Shown here: positions 37,334 to 46,798 of the stretch, in pieces
Layout of the letters: the number at the start of each line of letters is the position of its first letter
Position numbering within the stretch: the stretch's first letter is position 1
Assembly (NCBI GenBank): GCA_041697335.1
Contig: JBGUGD010000030.1
Coordinates: 1-64,000 of the forward strand
From: Vampirovibrionaceae bacterium NZW_1234
GTDB taxonomy: Bacteria > Cyanobacteriota > Vampirovibrionia > Vampirovibrionales > JAGQHJ01
Length of the DNA: 64,000 nt
Direction of reading: 5' to 3'
The notes under the pieces: generated by a model
Databases searched by the model: none
What the model was told of the DNA's origin: nothing
What the model saw: the letters and a program-made list of their open reading frames with translations, nothing else
Program-made: the position numbers and the translations under genes

Positions 37334-38731
37334 ATGAGCACTTCTTGGACCCAAAAACCTGTTACGATTTTAGGACTTTCCAAAAGCGGAATGGCCACTG
37401 CACGCTATTTGGCTTCTCGCGGGGCCATATGCTTCGTCAGTGAAACGGTTCCGGCCACACCTGCCAATAAGGATAGCCGAGACGAGCTTCAGGCCCTTGG
37501 GGTTGAGATTGAAATGGGTGGCCACTCGGCCAAGTGCTTTAATCACAGTGACTTGGTGGTGGTGAGTCCCGGGATTCCACCAAGCTCTCAAATTCTCAAA
37601 GAATTGTCACTCAGCGGCAAAACCATTATCAGTGAAGTGGAGCTTGCCTACCGAGAAACCCAGGTGCCCTTCGTGGCGGTCACGGGAACCAACGGCAAGA
37701 CAACCACGACAACATTGATTTCTGAAATTTTGCAGGCCGCGGGTAAGATTTCACCCGCTTGCGGCAATATTGGGACTCCGATTATCAGCCTGGTCGACGC
37801 GCCGGCGGACTATTTTGTGGCGGAGCTGAGTTCGTTTCAGCTTACCTTCTCGCCGACCTTGCGGGCTCAGGTTGCCTTGTTTATGAATTTTCGCCCGGAT
37901 CACCTGGATTGGCACGGCTCTCAGGAAGCCTATAAGCGGGCCAAATTTTCCTTATTCGAACATCAACAGCCTACGGACTGGTCTGTTTTAAATGCCGATG
38001 ACCCGGTTTGCGTGGAATTAGGCACTTTAATTTCCTCAAAAGCCCTTTGGTTCAGTCGCACCCCGGCGTCCGTGGCGGACTATCCCAATGCCGTGACTCT
38101 TCAGTCTGAGGGCACGATAGTGATTCGAACAGACGGGGGCACATGGGAGCCGCTCTTTTCCATTCATGACATGAAGCTTGTGGGCCGGCACAATCAGGAG
38201 AACGTGTTAGCCGCAGCGGCTGCAACGTGGCTCTTGGGTATTGATGCGGCCACGATCGCTTCGGCTGTAGCCCAGTTTGAAGGCGTGGAACACCGTCTCG
38301 AGCCTGTTGGGGTCTTCAATAACATTGCCTACTATAACGATTCCAAGGCAACCAATCCGGATGCTTCTCTGTCCGCTTTGGAGGCGTTTTCACCTCGACG
38401 CGTGGTTTTGATTGCCGGCGGGCGTGACAAGAAAACCGATCTTCAGGAGTTTGTGGCTTCGGTGGCGAAAAACGCCCATCACGTTGTCTTGTTGGGAGAA
38501 GCCACCGAGCGCTTTGCTCAAGCTTTGCAAACCGGGGGCTATACTCAGATCTCGAAGGCCCAGACACTGGATGAGGCTGTACAGAAGGCTACTTCTGTGG
38601 CTTCGGCAGACACGCCGGTATTGTTTTCTCCGGCCTGTGCCAGCTTTGATATGTTTCAAAATTTCGAAGCGCGAGGGCGCGCCTTTAAACAAGCAGTGCA
38701 TCAGCTGCTTGCTGTTTCTTCACCCTCTTAA
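37334..38731 (+). CDS. murD: UDP-N-acetylmuramoyl-L-alanine--D-glutamate ligase
   Basis: GLSKSG, SPGIP, TGTNGKTTTT, ELSSFQL, DHLDWH, NDSKATN, SPACASFD; AGGAG RBS. Confidence 0.96.
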   Translation: MSTSWTQKPVTILGLSKSGMATARYLASRGAICFVSETVPATPANKDSRDELQALGVEIEMGGHSAKCFNHSDLVVVSPGIPPSSQILKELSLSGKTIISEVELAYRETQVPFVAVTGTNGKTTTTTLISEILQAAGKISPACGNIGTPIISLVDAPADYFVAELSSFQLTFSPTLRAQVALFMNFRPDHLDWHGSQEAYKRAKFSLFEHQQPTDWSVLNADDPVCVELGTLISSKALWFSRTPASVADYPNAVTLQSEGTIVIRTDGGTWEPLFSIHDMKLVGRHNQENVLAAAAATWLLGIDAATIASAVAQFEGVEHRLEPVGVFNNIAYYNDSKATNPDASLSALEAFSPRRVVLIAGGRDKKTDLQEFVASVAKNAHHVVLLGEATERFAQALQTGGYTQISKAQTLDEAVQKATSVASADTPVLFSPACASFDMFQNFEARGRAFKQAVHQLLAVSSPS

Positions 38732-38745
38732 GGAAGGAGCCTTGA

Positions 38746-39972
38746 GTGGCTATTGTGAAATCATCCTCCACGCGGCATCGCACCCGGTCACGGCGGGCGC
38801 TTGATTCGGATGAGATGCAGCCCATCAAAGAAGCCCCCCACCCTAAGGCCCAGTCGGTTTTAGCCGGGGTTGACAAGACCTTGTTGTATGTCACGGTGGC
38901 TTTGTCCTGCTTGGGGCTGATGGCAGTCTTTTCGGCCAGTGCCATGGAGGCCATGGACAAGTTTGACAATGGCTTGTACTTTGTTCAGCGCCAGGCCATA
39001 TTTTTTGTCTTAGGTTTTGCCATGATGATTGGGGTGTCCCGGGTTCCCTATTTCAAGTGGTCTAAAGGGGCCAAACTTTTTTCGATTGGGGTCATTGGTT
39101 TATTGCTGTACACCCTCAGCAATGGGGTGGAAGCCTACGGCGCCGAGCGATGGATTCGCATTGGCGGGTTTCAGTTTCAGCCGTCGGAATTGAGCAAAAT
39201 TTCAGTGGTCTTGTTATTGGCCCAAACCTTAAGCCAAAGTCTGGTCGACAGGGCTCGATCGGGTTTACGGAATCTGTCGGCACTGGCTAATGTGGCTTTG
39301 ATTGGACTTACCGTGCTTCTGATTCTCAAACAACCCAACCTCAGTATGACAATTATTCTTTCCTCCGTGACGGGAATTCTGCTCTTTATTGCCGGGGTAC
39401 CTTTATTGGTGCTGGGAGTTGGCGGGGTGATGGGAGGGTTCGTGGTGGCCCATAAGATTATGACCACGCCCTATCAGCTGCGTCGGATTCAAGGCTGGTT
39501 GGATCCCTGGAAAGATGCTCAAGACAGTGGGTACAACTTGATTCAGTCTCTGTTTGCCATCGGCTCTGGCGGGCTGTTTGGGGCAGGGCTCGGGATGTCT
39601 CATCAGAAGTTGTATTACCTGCCGTTTCAATACACCGACTTTATTTTCTCGGTCTGGGCTGAGGAATGGGGTTTTATGGGGTGTCTGATTCTTTTGGGGC
39701 TCTTTTTCATGCTTTTGTATCGCGGCTATGTAATTGCAAAAACATGCCGGAGCGCTTTTGGCCAAGTGCTGGCCATGGGAATTACCCTGATGTTTGCGGT
39801 TCAGATTATTATTAACGTCTTTGTTGCTACCGGGCTGTTTCCGGTTACGGGCGTTACCTTGCCCTTGATTAGCTATGGTGGTACATCGGTCCTTGTAACG
39901 CTGATTATGATTGGGATGCTTCTCAATATTTCTCGTTATCGGGTTAGTGTCAGCCAAATCCGGTCTCGATAG
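38746..39972 (+). CDS. ftsW: SEDS family peptidoglycan polymerase FtsW
   Basis: VFSAS, GAERWI, QPSE, DPWKD...GY, YLP...TDFIF, EEWG, PVTGVTLPLISYGG. Confidence 0.94.
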   Translation: MAIVKSSSTRHRTRSRRALDSDEMQPIKEAPHPKAQSVLAGVDKTLLYVTVALSCLGLMAVFSASAMEAMDKFDNGLYFVQRQAIFFVLGFAMMIGVSRVPYFKWSKGAKLFSIGVIGLLLYTLSNGVEAYGAERWIRIGGFQFQPSELSKISVVLLLAQTLSQSLVDRARSGLRNLSALANVALIGLTVLLILKQPNLSMTIILSSVTGILLFIAGVPLLVLGVGGVMGGFVVAHKIMTTPYQLRRIQGWLDPWKDAQDSGYNLIQSLFAIGSGGLFGAGLGMSHQKLYYLPFQYTDFIFSVWAEEWGFMGCLILLGLFFMLLYRGYVIAKTCRSAFGQVLAMGITLMFAVQIIINVFVATGLFPVTGVTLPLISYGGTSVLVTLIMIGMLLNISRYRVSVSQIRSR

Positions 39973-39978
39973 TCCACG

Positions 39979-41103
39979 ATGAAAGTTGTGGTTACCGGTG
40001 GTGGCACAGGTGGGCATTTATACCCAGCCTTGGCCGTGGTGGAAGCATTAAAAGCGGATTCGCAGGTTCAGGCGATAACCTATATCGGTAATACAGGGCG
40101 TAAGGAAGCCGAGTTGGTGCCGACCTTTGGTGTTCCCTTTATTGGCATGCGTTTTGCCGGGATGCCTCGGGGGCTGAACCTGTCCATTGTGCCCTGGAGT
40201 ATGCAATTACTGCAGGCGTTTTTTGACGCTCGGAGCCATCTGATGCGCCTGAAACCGGATGTTGTGTTTGGCACTGGGGGTTATATCACTGGGCCGGTCT
40301 TATTTGCCGCCCGATCTTTGGGCATTCCGTACGTGGTCCATGAGCCCGATGCTTTTCCGGGGTTGGTGAATCGGGTCACCGCACGCTGGGCTACCCAGAT
40401 GACATGTGCGTTTCCTGAAGCCAGAGCCCGGCTGAAAACCCGTCAATTAACTGTCAGCGGGAATCCCTTGCGCAGTCAAATCGGTCAGGTCTCTAAAGCA
40501 GAGGCTCTCGCTCGACTGGATTTGCCGTTTGCCTTGGACAAACCTATACTTCTGGTCACGGGTGGCTCTCAAGGTGCGCGTAAATTGAATCAAGGGCTTT
40601 TGGAAGCGTTGCCTGAGCTGATTGAATCACTGGGAATGCAGGTTCTGCATCAAACCGGGGATAAGTTGTATGAGGAGGTCCTGAGCCAATGCCCTCCTGA
40701 ATACCGAACACACCAGGCCTACGCTTGTCGGCCGTTTATTTCGGATATGGCCTCGGCCTTGGCTCTTGCGGATGTGGCCGTTAGCCGATCGGGCTCCATG
40801 TCTCTGTCGGAAATGTATCGGGCTCATATTCCGACCATTCTGGTTCCTTACCCTCATGCCGCAGCCGATCATCAGCGCAAGAATGCCCTGGCTTCTGCGC
40901 GGGCGGGGGCCTCGGTGATGATTGAGGACGCCCAGTTGAGTGGGGAAACCCTCATAGACACCCTAGCCGATCTACTCCGGTCTCCGGAACGACTCGAGGC
41001 TATGCGCGAGGCCGCTCGCCAGCTATCGGCTCCCGAGGCAACCTCCATTGTTGTGGGGATATTAAAGTCCGTTGCCTTGACACGTCCAAAGGCCTCGGGC
41101 TAA
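39979..41103 (+). CDS. murG: Undecaprenyl-PP-MurNAc-pentapeptide GlcNAc transferase
   Basis: GGGTGGHLYP, GTGGY, HE...PGLVN, GNPLR, GGSQGA, DHQRKNA. Confidence 0.96.
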   Translation: MKVVVTGGGTGGHLYPALAVVEALKADSQVQAITYIGNTGRKEAELVPTFGVPFIGMRFAGMPRGLNLSIVPWSMQLLQAFFDARSHLMRLKPDVVFGTGGYITGPVLFAARSLGIPYVVHEPDAFPGLVNRVTARWATQMTCAFPEARARLKTRQLTVSGNPLRSQIGQVSKAEALARLDLPFALDKPILLVTGGSQGARKLNQGLLEALPELIESLGMQVLHQTGDKLYEEVLSQCPPEYRTHQAYACRPFISDMASALALADVAVSRSGSMSLSEMYRAHIPTILVPYPHAAADHQRKNALASARAGASVMIEDAQLSGETLIDTLADLLRSPERLEAMREAARQLSAPEATSIVVGILKSVALTRPKASG

Positions 41104-41126
41104 AATCTAACCCTAAGCCTTAATAT

Positions 41127-41198
41127 TGGGGCGTCGCCAAGCGGTAAGGCACCTGGTTTTGGTCCAGGCATTCAGAGGTTCGAATCCTTTCGCCCCAG
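41127..41198 (+). tRNA. tRNA-Gln (anticodon UUG); CCA not encoded
   Basis: TGGGGCG/CGCCCCA acceptor stem, D arm GCCAAGCGGTAAGGC, anticodon arm CCTGG-TTTTGGT-CCAGG, GGTTCGAATCC T arm. Confidence 0.97.
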
Positions 41199-41206
41199 TT
41201 TTTTCC

Positions 41207-41236
41207 CCCTTCAATCCTTGTGTTGGAGGGTTTTTT
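41207..41236 (+). terminator. Intrinsic terminator after tRNA-Gln
   Basis: CCCTTCAA/TTGGAGGG stem followed by T6. Confidence 0.7.
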
Positions 41237-41363
41237 GTTGGCGTTCTTGGAGTGGGCTGATCGGGTTAAAGCCTTTTCCTGTCTCCGAGCGCGCAATTTG
41301 CGCGCTCGGAGACAGGAAATACACTTCATCACCTATGATGAAATTATGGGAGCCCGGTTTAGC

Positions 41364-42494
41364 TTATGGGGTTGGCGTCACGATGACCGGTGCAGCATCC
41401 AGGAATTCTTGATAACGCTCGGCATAGGCTTTACGGGCTTCGGATTGTTTTTCGCCATAGAGAAACGACAGCAGTACAAAGCGCACGCCTTGCGTCACCG
41501 GCATGGCTTCATGCAGTAACGAACATGAAAAAATGACTGCGCTGCCTGTCTCAGGTTTATACAGATAGGGGCCATACTCCGGGAAGCGCAAATGCCCGCC
41601 TTCATACTCCTCGGCGTTTAAATTCAGTGTCATTGCCCACACCCGATGTGCGGTGCTACTGACAGTGTTATCCCGGTGGGCTTTAAAATGGCCTCCTCGT
41701 GAGCCGTCATAACAGGCTATTTTGTATTCCTCCCGGCGCGAGGCATCGAAGTGAAAGCATTTGAGGATTTCCGGATAAACCCGTCGCCGGATAAACCCGT
41801 CAATCTGTGTAAGCAGTTCCGGATCTCGGACAAAATGATCCCGACGAATCTTGTTATTGTAATTAATGACGCCAATGGGTTCGCCTTGATCACCTTGCTT
41901 CATAAAGCCCGAATCTTCATTGCCCTGAGTGTGCCAAACGCTGATGAGCTTTTGGCAGAAGTCCCGACTCAAGACATTGGGAATCATCAGAACAGGGGCA
42001 TGCATGGGCATGGGAATATAGGGTTGGGGTGGGCAAAGGGTTTGAATATCCTGAATTAGTATTTTTTGAAAGGTATCAAGATTGCTGATGGCCTCGTAGA
42101 TAGCCAGGATACGTAAATTACTGTCCAGTAAGAAAGCTGTTCGGACATAATTTAAGGACTCATCCGGATTCTCTTGGCAGACGCCGTAGCGTTTGCTGAC
42201 CTGACCCGACGGGTCAGACAGGAGGGTAAAGGGCAGATCGGAGGTGGCGTTAAAAGCCGCCCTGTCTTCAGGAGTATCTAAGCTTATGCTGAAGATTTGA
42301 ACGTGTAAGCGAGTGAGTTCCGGGCTGAGTGACTTCAAGCTTAATGCAATATCCTGACAGGAGGTTAATTTGTCTTGGGCATAGAAGCAGAGAAGTGTTG
42401 GGGTACCGGCTTTATCTGATAATTTCAGGGTATGGCGGTCCTGGGTAATAGCGGTAAAATCAGGTGCCGGATCACCCATGGTCAGTTTCAGCAT
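41364..42494 (-). CDS. Redoxin (BCP/AhpC-like) - 2OG-Fe(II) oxygenase fusion protein
   Basis: GDPAPDF...FYAQDKLTSC...ISLD...LLSD...YGV...RTAFLLD, then AHRDN (HxD), GGHLRF, LHEAMPVTQGVRF; CAGGAG RBS. Confidence 0.88.
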   Translation of the reverse strand: MLKLTMGDPAPDFTAITQDRHTLKLSDKAGTPTLLCFYAQDKLTSCQDIALSLKSLSPELTRLHVQIFSISLDTPEDRAAFNATSDLPFTLLSDPSGQVSKRYGVCQENPDESLNYVRTAFLLDSNLRILAIYEAISNLDTFQKILIQDIQTLCPPQPYIPMPMHAPVLMIPNVLSRDFCQKLISVWHTQGNEDSGFMKQGDQGEPIGVINYNNKIRRDHFVRDPELLTQIDGFIRRRVYPEILKCFHFDASRREEYKIACYDGSRGGHFKAHRDNTVSSTAHRVWAMTLNLNAEEYEGGHLRFPEYGPYLYKPETGSAVIFSCSLLHEAMPVTQGVRFVLLSFLYGEKQSEARKAYAERYQEFLDAAPVIVTPTP

Positions 42495-42613
42495 GATGAC
42501 ACTCCTGTCGCTCAAGGTCCCTTACTGTCATCATACACCGGTGCCGGATGACACAGGGTCCTGTTCCCGGAGGATTCCTGGTACCTGTCAAAGAGGAGGA
42601 CAGGGTATTGGGG

Positions 42614-43429
42614 TTAACAGATACTGGGGGTGTGGGCCGGAAGGACCGTTTCGATGGTAATCGTTCGTATGGGTTTGGCTTGGATTTCGTGTAAAGGTAG
42701 GCTTTGAATGGCTTGGCTGAACTGGGCGGCTTGGCCCGTGACCCATAATTCCTGAGAGCCTGTTCCCAGATTGAGTTGCGTTAAGATGGGAATCGCGACC
42801 TCAGCCAAGACTTCAGCGGAATCAACCAGCTCGACATCCGGCCCGACCAGAGCCTGAACGCGCTCTCGAATCAGGCTATAGTGGGTGCATCCCAAGATTA
42901 TAACTTCTGCTCCCCAGTCTTTCAGTACATTTACGTAGGGAATCAAAAGGGAATCCAAGTCAGGTCCGTCACAATGGCCTGCTTCAACAACAGAGGCCAA
43001 GCCGGTACAGGCGACCTGTTCGATGCGCCTATCCGGTGTTAAATACCTGAGATAGCGTCCACCTGTCACGGTACCGGGTGTGGCCATGATGCCCAGCTTT
43101 TTTGCCGAATCAACATGCTGGTTCACCCAATGGGCAGTGGTGCTGACGGGTTCGAGCATGGGATAGGGACGCTGCAGGGCATCTAACTCATCAAAAGCAG
43201 CCACTGTGGCTGTATTGCAGGCTAAAACAAAGGCGGCCAGCGTATAATTCGTCTCCAGCCATTGATGTACATCCAGCACCCGATGACGCACAACCTCCAG
43301 TGCCTTTTCGCCATAAGGCATCCAGGCGGTGTCCCCCAGAAACACCACGGGTGTGTCCGGCAATTGTTGTATCAATCGCTTTAATACAGCCAATCCGCCG
43401 ACCCCCGAGTCCATACAGGCTAGGGTCAT
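42614..43429 (-). CDS. murI: Glutamate racemase
   Basis: DSGVGGL, PYG, ACNTAT, LGCTHY, VDS. Confidence 0.95.
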   Translation of the reverse strand: MTLACMDSGVGGLAVLKRLIQQLPDTPVVFLGDTAWMPYGEKALEVVRHRVLDVHQWLETNYTLAAFVLACNTATVAAFDELDALQRPYPMLEPVSTTAHWVNQHVDSAKKLGIMATPGTVTGGRYLRYLTPDRRIEQVACTGLASVVEAGHCDGPDLDSLLIPYVNVLKDWGAEVIILGCTHYSLIRERVQALVGPDVELVDSAEVLAEVAIPILTQLNLGTGSQELWVTGQAAQFSQAIQSLPLHEIQAKPIRTITIETVLPAHTPSIC

Positions 43430-43519
43430 CGGGGTCTTTGCATGAAAGGGTGCTTGCGGGTTCAGGGGTGTGTCCTCAGGCTATGACAGGTGTTTATAAC
43501 CGCTGTGTGGGCTTGGACC

Positions 43520-45430
43520 TTAGGGGGCTTGGGCCGTGTAGCGACTTCCTAAGAATTCTACCACACCCTGGGCAATGGCTTCAGCCGTTGCGCGTTGACG
43601 TTGTTCCGTCTGCAACTCGGCACGCTCGGCCGGATTGGAAATGTAACCCATTTCACAGAGGATTGCGGGGACGGCGGTATGGTGAATAACGTAGAATTTG
43701 GCGGTTCGGACACCTCGGTCGGGAGCAGAGACCCGATTGATGAGCTTATTATGGACCTTAAACGCCAATCCGCGGCTCTGAGGAGTGTAATAATACGTTT
43801 CTAAACCGTCAATGGCAGAATTGACGCTGGCATTGGTATGCACGCTGACAAAGGCATCCGGTTGAACCCGGTTGGTAATGCCGGTAATTTGTGACAATTC
43901 CAAAAACATGTCGCTGGAGCGAGTCATAATGACCCGAACGCCTTTGGCTTCCAAGGCTTGCTTCAGTTTTAAGGCAACCGAGAGGTTCAAATTTTTCTCA
44001 TACACCCCAACCCGGTTGGCCCCAATGTCTTTTCCACCATGGCCTGCATCCACGACAACGGTAAATCCGCCGCGCTTACCGCTGGGCAAGGAAATTGGCA
44101 GGGTGGCTAATGCTGTATCTGTGCTATCCCCGCTGATCAATTCCGGAAGCTTGCCATTTGCCTGGTTCCATCGCTGGGGTTGTTTCAATGACAGCTCTAA
44201 TACGCGACCATCTGTGCTCAGGCGGCTGTCCATGTTGACCTGACTGTCTTCCAAGGTCACGATGAGTTTGGTGTTGGGTTCACCGGCACTTAAGGGGCTT
44301 AAGCGAACCTCCTTGATTTCGGGAAACTCATCCTTATCAAACATAACGGCGGTGGGCTGAGCGGCAATGTTGACCAGATCGATTTCGATTTGATTGCCTC
44401 GGCGAATGAGACGCCGCACCATGGGCTGAGTGGTGCTGACTTTGATGGTGCTGTTATTGTCCTGGCGCAGGAAGTTGATGTCCTGAATGCTGCCAATTTC
44501 CTGATTTTCAGCGGGCAGGGTGCGAATAGAGGGGTTAATGTGGGACGCCAGAATCAGTTGGCTTTTATCCGAGCCGGGATAGGAAATATACAAGCCTCGG
44601 GGACTTGGAGTTTCCACCACCACGCGGACGGTGTCTTCATCAAATTGGCCGACCCGGATGCTGCGAATGGGATCGCCTGGGGCAATGTCGAGGGGCACAC
44701 TCATGCGTTTGTCGCTGAGGGTCGTATGGGCCAGATCGAAGACTAAACGCTTGGGGCTGGAAAGGGTAAACTGATTCTTGACCACCAGACTGCTGCCCGG
44801 GCTGCCGACGAGTTTTAAAATGCCATTTTCATACTGGGCCGATTGCAGGGTGTTGGTAGTTGTTACGGAGTTGACGGGTTGAGCTGACGGGGGGGGAGGG
44901 CCGTCCAGGAAACTAAAGCCGCCTTTTCTGGTTTTGGCCGGTGTCGGCAACACGGCCAACGGCTCGGTTACGGGCTTGCCGGTTAAGGATACAGTCAAGG
45001 TGTTGTTGTTGATCTGGACTTGAGCGGGTGCAATGACGTTGCTGTTGTCGGCATAGACCGTCATGCGGACCACCTGGTAAAAGGTTCCTATGGATTGTGC
45101 AAGTTCAATGCGTTCGATGCCGTTTTTATTGATGGGTTGTGAGCGGGTTGGGGTTTGTAACAAGGCATTGGGAATATCGACAATGTAGCGATCAGGATGC
45201 GTGAGGCGGATAATGCTATAGTCTGTCTTATAGTGACTACCGGCTTGAGCGCTCAGGGTGATGGCTTGCTGTTCGGCATCATAACTCACCGACTGAATGC
45301 GCAAGACATCCGCTGAGGGTTGGCGTGCGTCTGCCTGGCTCCAAAAGAGGGTGACGACTGCTATGGTAACCAAGACCAGCGAAAACCAGTGGCTTAGGTT
45401 CACTTGATGAAAGAATGAACGATTTATCAC
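43520..45430 (-). CDS. N-acetylmuramoyl-L-alanine amidase (AmiC-like) with AMIN domains and signal peptide
   Basis: AMIN motifs LTHPDRYIVD, LSSPKRLVFD, IRVGQF...VRVV; Amidase_3 DAGHGG..EK..SVH.NAS..CEMGY; start uncertain (45430 GTG or 45463 ATG); TATAAT at 45556-45561. Confidence 0.92.
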   Translation of the reverse strand: MINRSFFHQVNLSHWFSLVLVTIAVVTLFWSQADARQPSADVLRIQSVSYDAEQQAITLSAQAGSHYKTDYSIIRLTHPDRYIVDIPNALLQTPTRSQPINKNGIERIELAQSIGTFYQVVRMTVYADNSNVIAPAQVQINNNTLTVSLTGKPVTEPLAVLPTPAKTRKGGFSFLDGPPPPSAQPVNSVTTTNTLQSAQYENGILKLVGSPGSSLVVKNQFTLSSPKRLVFDLAHTTLSDKRMSVPLDIAPGDPIRSIRVGQFDEDTVRVVVETPSPRGLYISYPGSDKSQLILASHINPSIRTLPAENQEIGSIQDINFLRQDNNSTIKVSTTQPMVRRLIRRGNQIEIDLVNIAAQPTAVMFDKDEFPEIKEVRLSPLSAGEPNTKLIVTLEDSQVNMDSRLSTDGRVLELSLKQPQRWNQANGKLPELISGDSTDTALATLPISLPSGKRGGFTVVVDAGHGGKDIGANRVGVYEKNLNLSVALKLKQALEAKGVRVIMTRSSDMFLELSQITGITNRVQPDAFVSVHTNASVNSAIDGLETYYYTPQSRGLAFKVHNKLINRVSAPDRGVRTAKFYVIHHTAVPAILCEMGYISNPAERAELQTEQRQRATAEAIAQGVVEFLGSRYTAQAP

Positions 45431-45601
45431 GCTGATGATCCCTATCTCTCTTTTGTTCCACATCTCAGTATCGGCAAAACACACCAATCTTGAATGCATC
45501 CCCCTGCGGTTGAGACGTGTCCCCACGACCAGCCTAGCGGCATGCCTCTAGATCCATTATACCCTACCGACTGCTTATCCTCAGAAATGTTCCGTAAAAC
45601 A

Positions 45602-46798
45602 TCAACTGATTATTGTACTGCCGTGATAGGCCCCTTTCAGGCGCTGCTTCAACGCGTTGGGGTTATTTGAGACTTTTAGGGCTTCTTCCAGGGTAACGTG
45701 GCCCAGACTGAAGAGCTGGTGTAGAGCAAAATTCATGGTTTGCATGCCCTCAAAACGGCCATCATCCATCAGAGCCACAATTTCATCCAGCTCGTTTCGT
45801 AACAGGTAATCGCGAACGGTCGAAGTAACCACCAGAATTTCGGATACAGCAGACAGGCCCTTGCCGTCGGCCCGATGATAAAGCCGTTGGGACATGGCTC
45901 CGCGTAAAACGTTGGTCAACTGCAAGCGAATGGCTTCGCGCTCATGGGGTTCGAAAAAGTCAATAATACGATTGATTGTTTGAATGGTATCCGAGGTATG
46001 CAAGGTGGAAAAAACCAAAACCCCGGTTTCGGCAGCTTTAATAGCACTCATGGCCGTTTCCCGGTCCCGAAGTTCTCCAATGAGTAGCACGTCCACGTCC
46101 TGGCGCAAGGCATACTTAATACCATCGGGAAAGCTCGGGGTATCAATGCCCAACTGGCGCTGGGTAATCATCGAGCGTTTGTTCTCGTACAAAAACTCCA
46201 CCGGATCTTCCAGGGTGACAATGTGCTTGGCCTGGGTCTTGTTGATGTGGTCTAATAAGGCGGCCAGGGTCGTGGATTTACCGGTTCCGGAGGCACCGGA
46301 CAATAAAACCAGGCCGTGGTCAAAATTTGTAAAGTTTAACAGGCTTTTGGGCAGCCCGAGGTCTTCAAGATTTGGGATGGTCGCTGGGATAACTCGGATG
46401 ACGAAGGCCATTTGCCCCATTTCATACAGCATATTGACCCGGAACCGGGCTTGGCGAAAGGGGATGGAAAAATCGAAGTCGTGGCGCTTGGCAATGAGGG
46501 GCTTCAAATTATCCGGGACCAGAAATTGCGCAAAGCGCTGCATGGCCTTGGGGGTTAACGCGGGCAGCCGAGTGGCCACAATCTGGTTATTCCGACGGAA
46601 AGTGGGTGGCTGGTCAATACGCAAGTGGATGTCTGACACCCGTTGAGCAATGGCCATGGTGAAGAAGCTGTCTAAGTCGATGTCTTCAGCTGATTTTGGC
46701 AGCAGAGCCCGATCAGGCAGAACAAATTCTTCGTTTAAAGGACCAATCGGGACTGTAGGGCGCCGACGGGCTTCAGGTGAATCAGACGATGCACTCAT
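45602..46798 (-). CDS. PilT/PilU family type IV pilus ATPase
   Basis: SDIHL, RFRVN, Walker [11 protein letters not shown], Asp box [41 protein letters not shown]. Confidence 0.92.
   Translation of the reverse strand: MSASSDSPEARRRPTVPIGPLNEEFVLPDRALLPKSAEDIDLDSFFTMAIAQRVSDIHLRIDQPPTFRRNNQIVATRLPALTPKAMQRFAQFLVPDNLKPLIAKRHDFDFSIPFRQARFRVNMLYEMGQMAFVIRVIPATIPNLEDLGLPKSLLNFTNFDHGLVLLSGASGTGKSTTLAALLDHINKTQAKHIVTLEDPVEFLYENKRSMITQRQLGIDTPSFPDGIKYALRQDVDVLLIGELRDRETAMSAIKAAETGVLVFSTLHTSDTIQTINRIIDFFEPHEREAIRLQLTNVLRGAMSQRLYHRADGKGLSAVSEILVVTSTVRDYLLRNELDEIVALMDDGRFEGMQTMNFALHQLFSLGHVTLEEALKVSNNPNALKQRLKGAYHGSTIIS

Noticed and set aside
41127..42494. Genomic island integrated at tRNA-Gln
   Set aside because: No integrase and no second copy of the tRNA 3' end noticed; flanking genes are housekeeping.
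43520..44060. Inactive amidase, because the LxxRxxxAN motif reads LSQITGITN
   Set aside because: Zn ligands (H, E, H) and the catalytic Glu are all present, so activity is likely retained.
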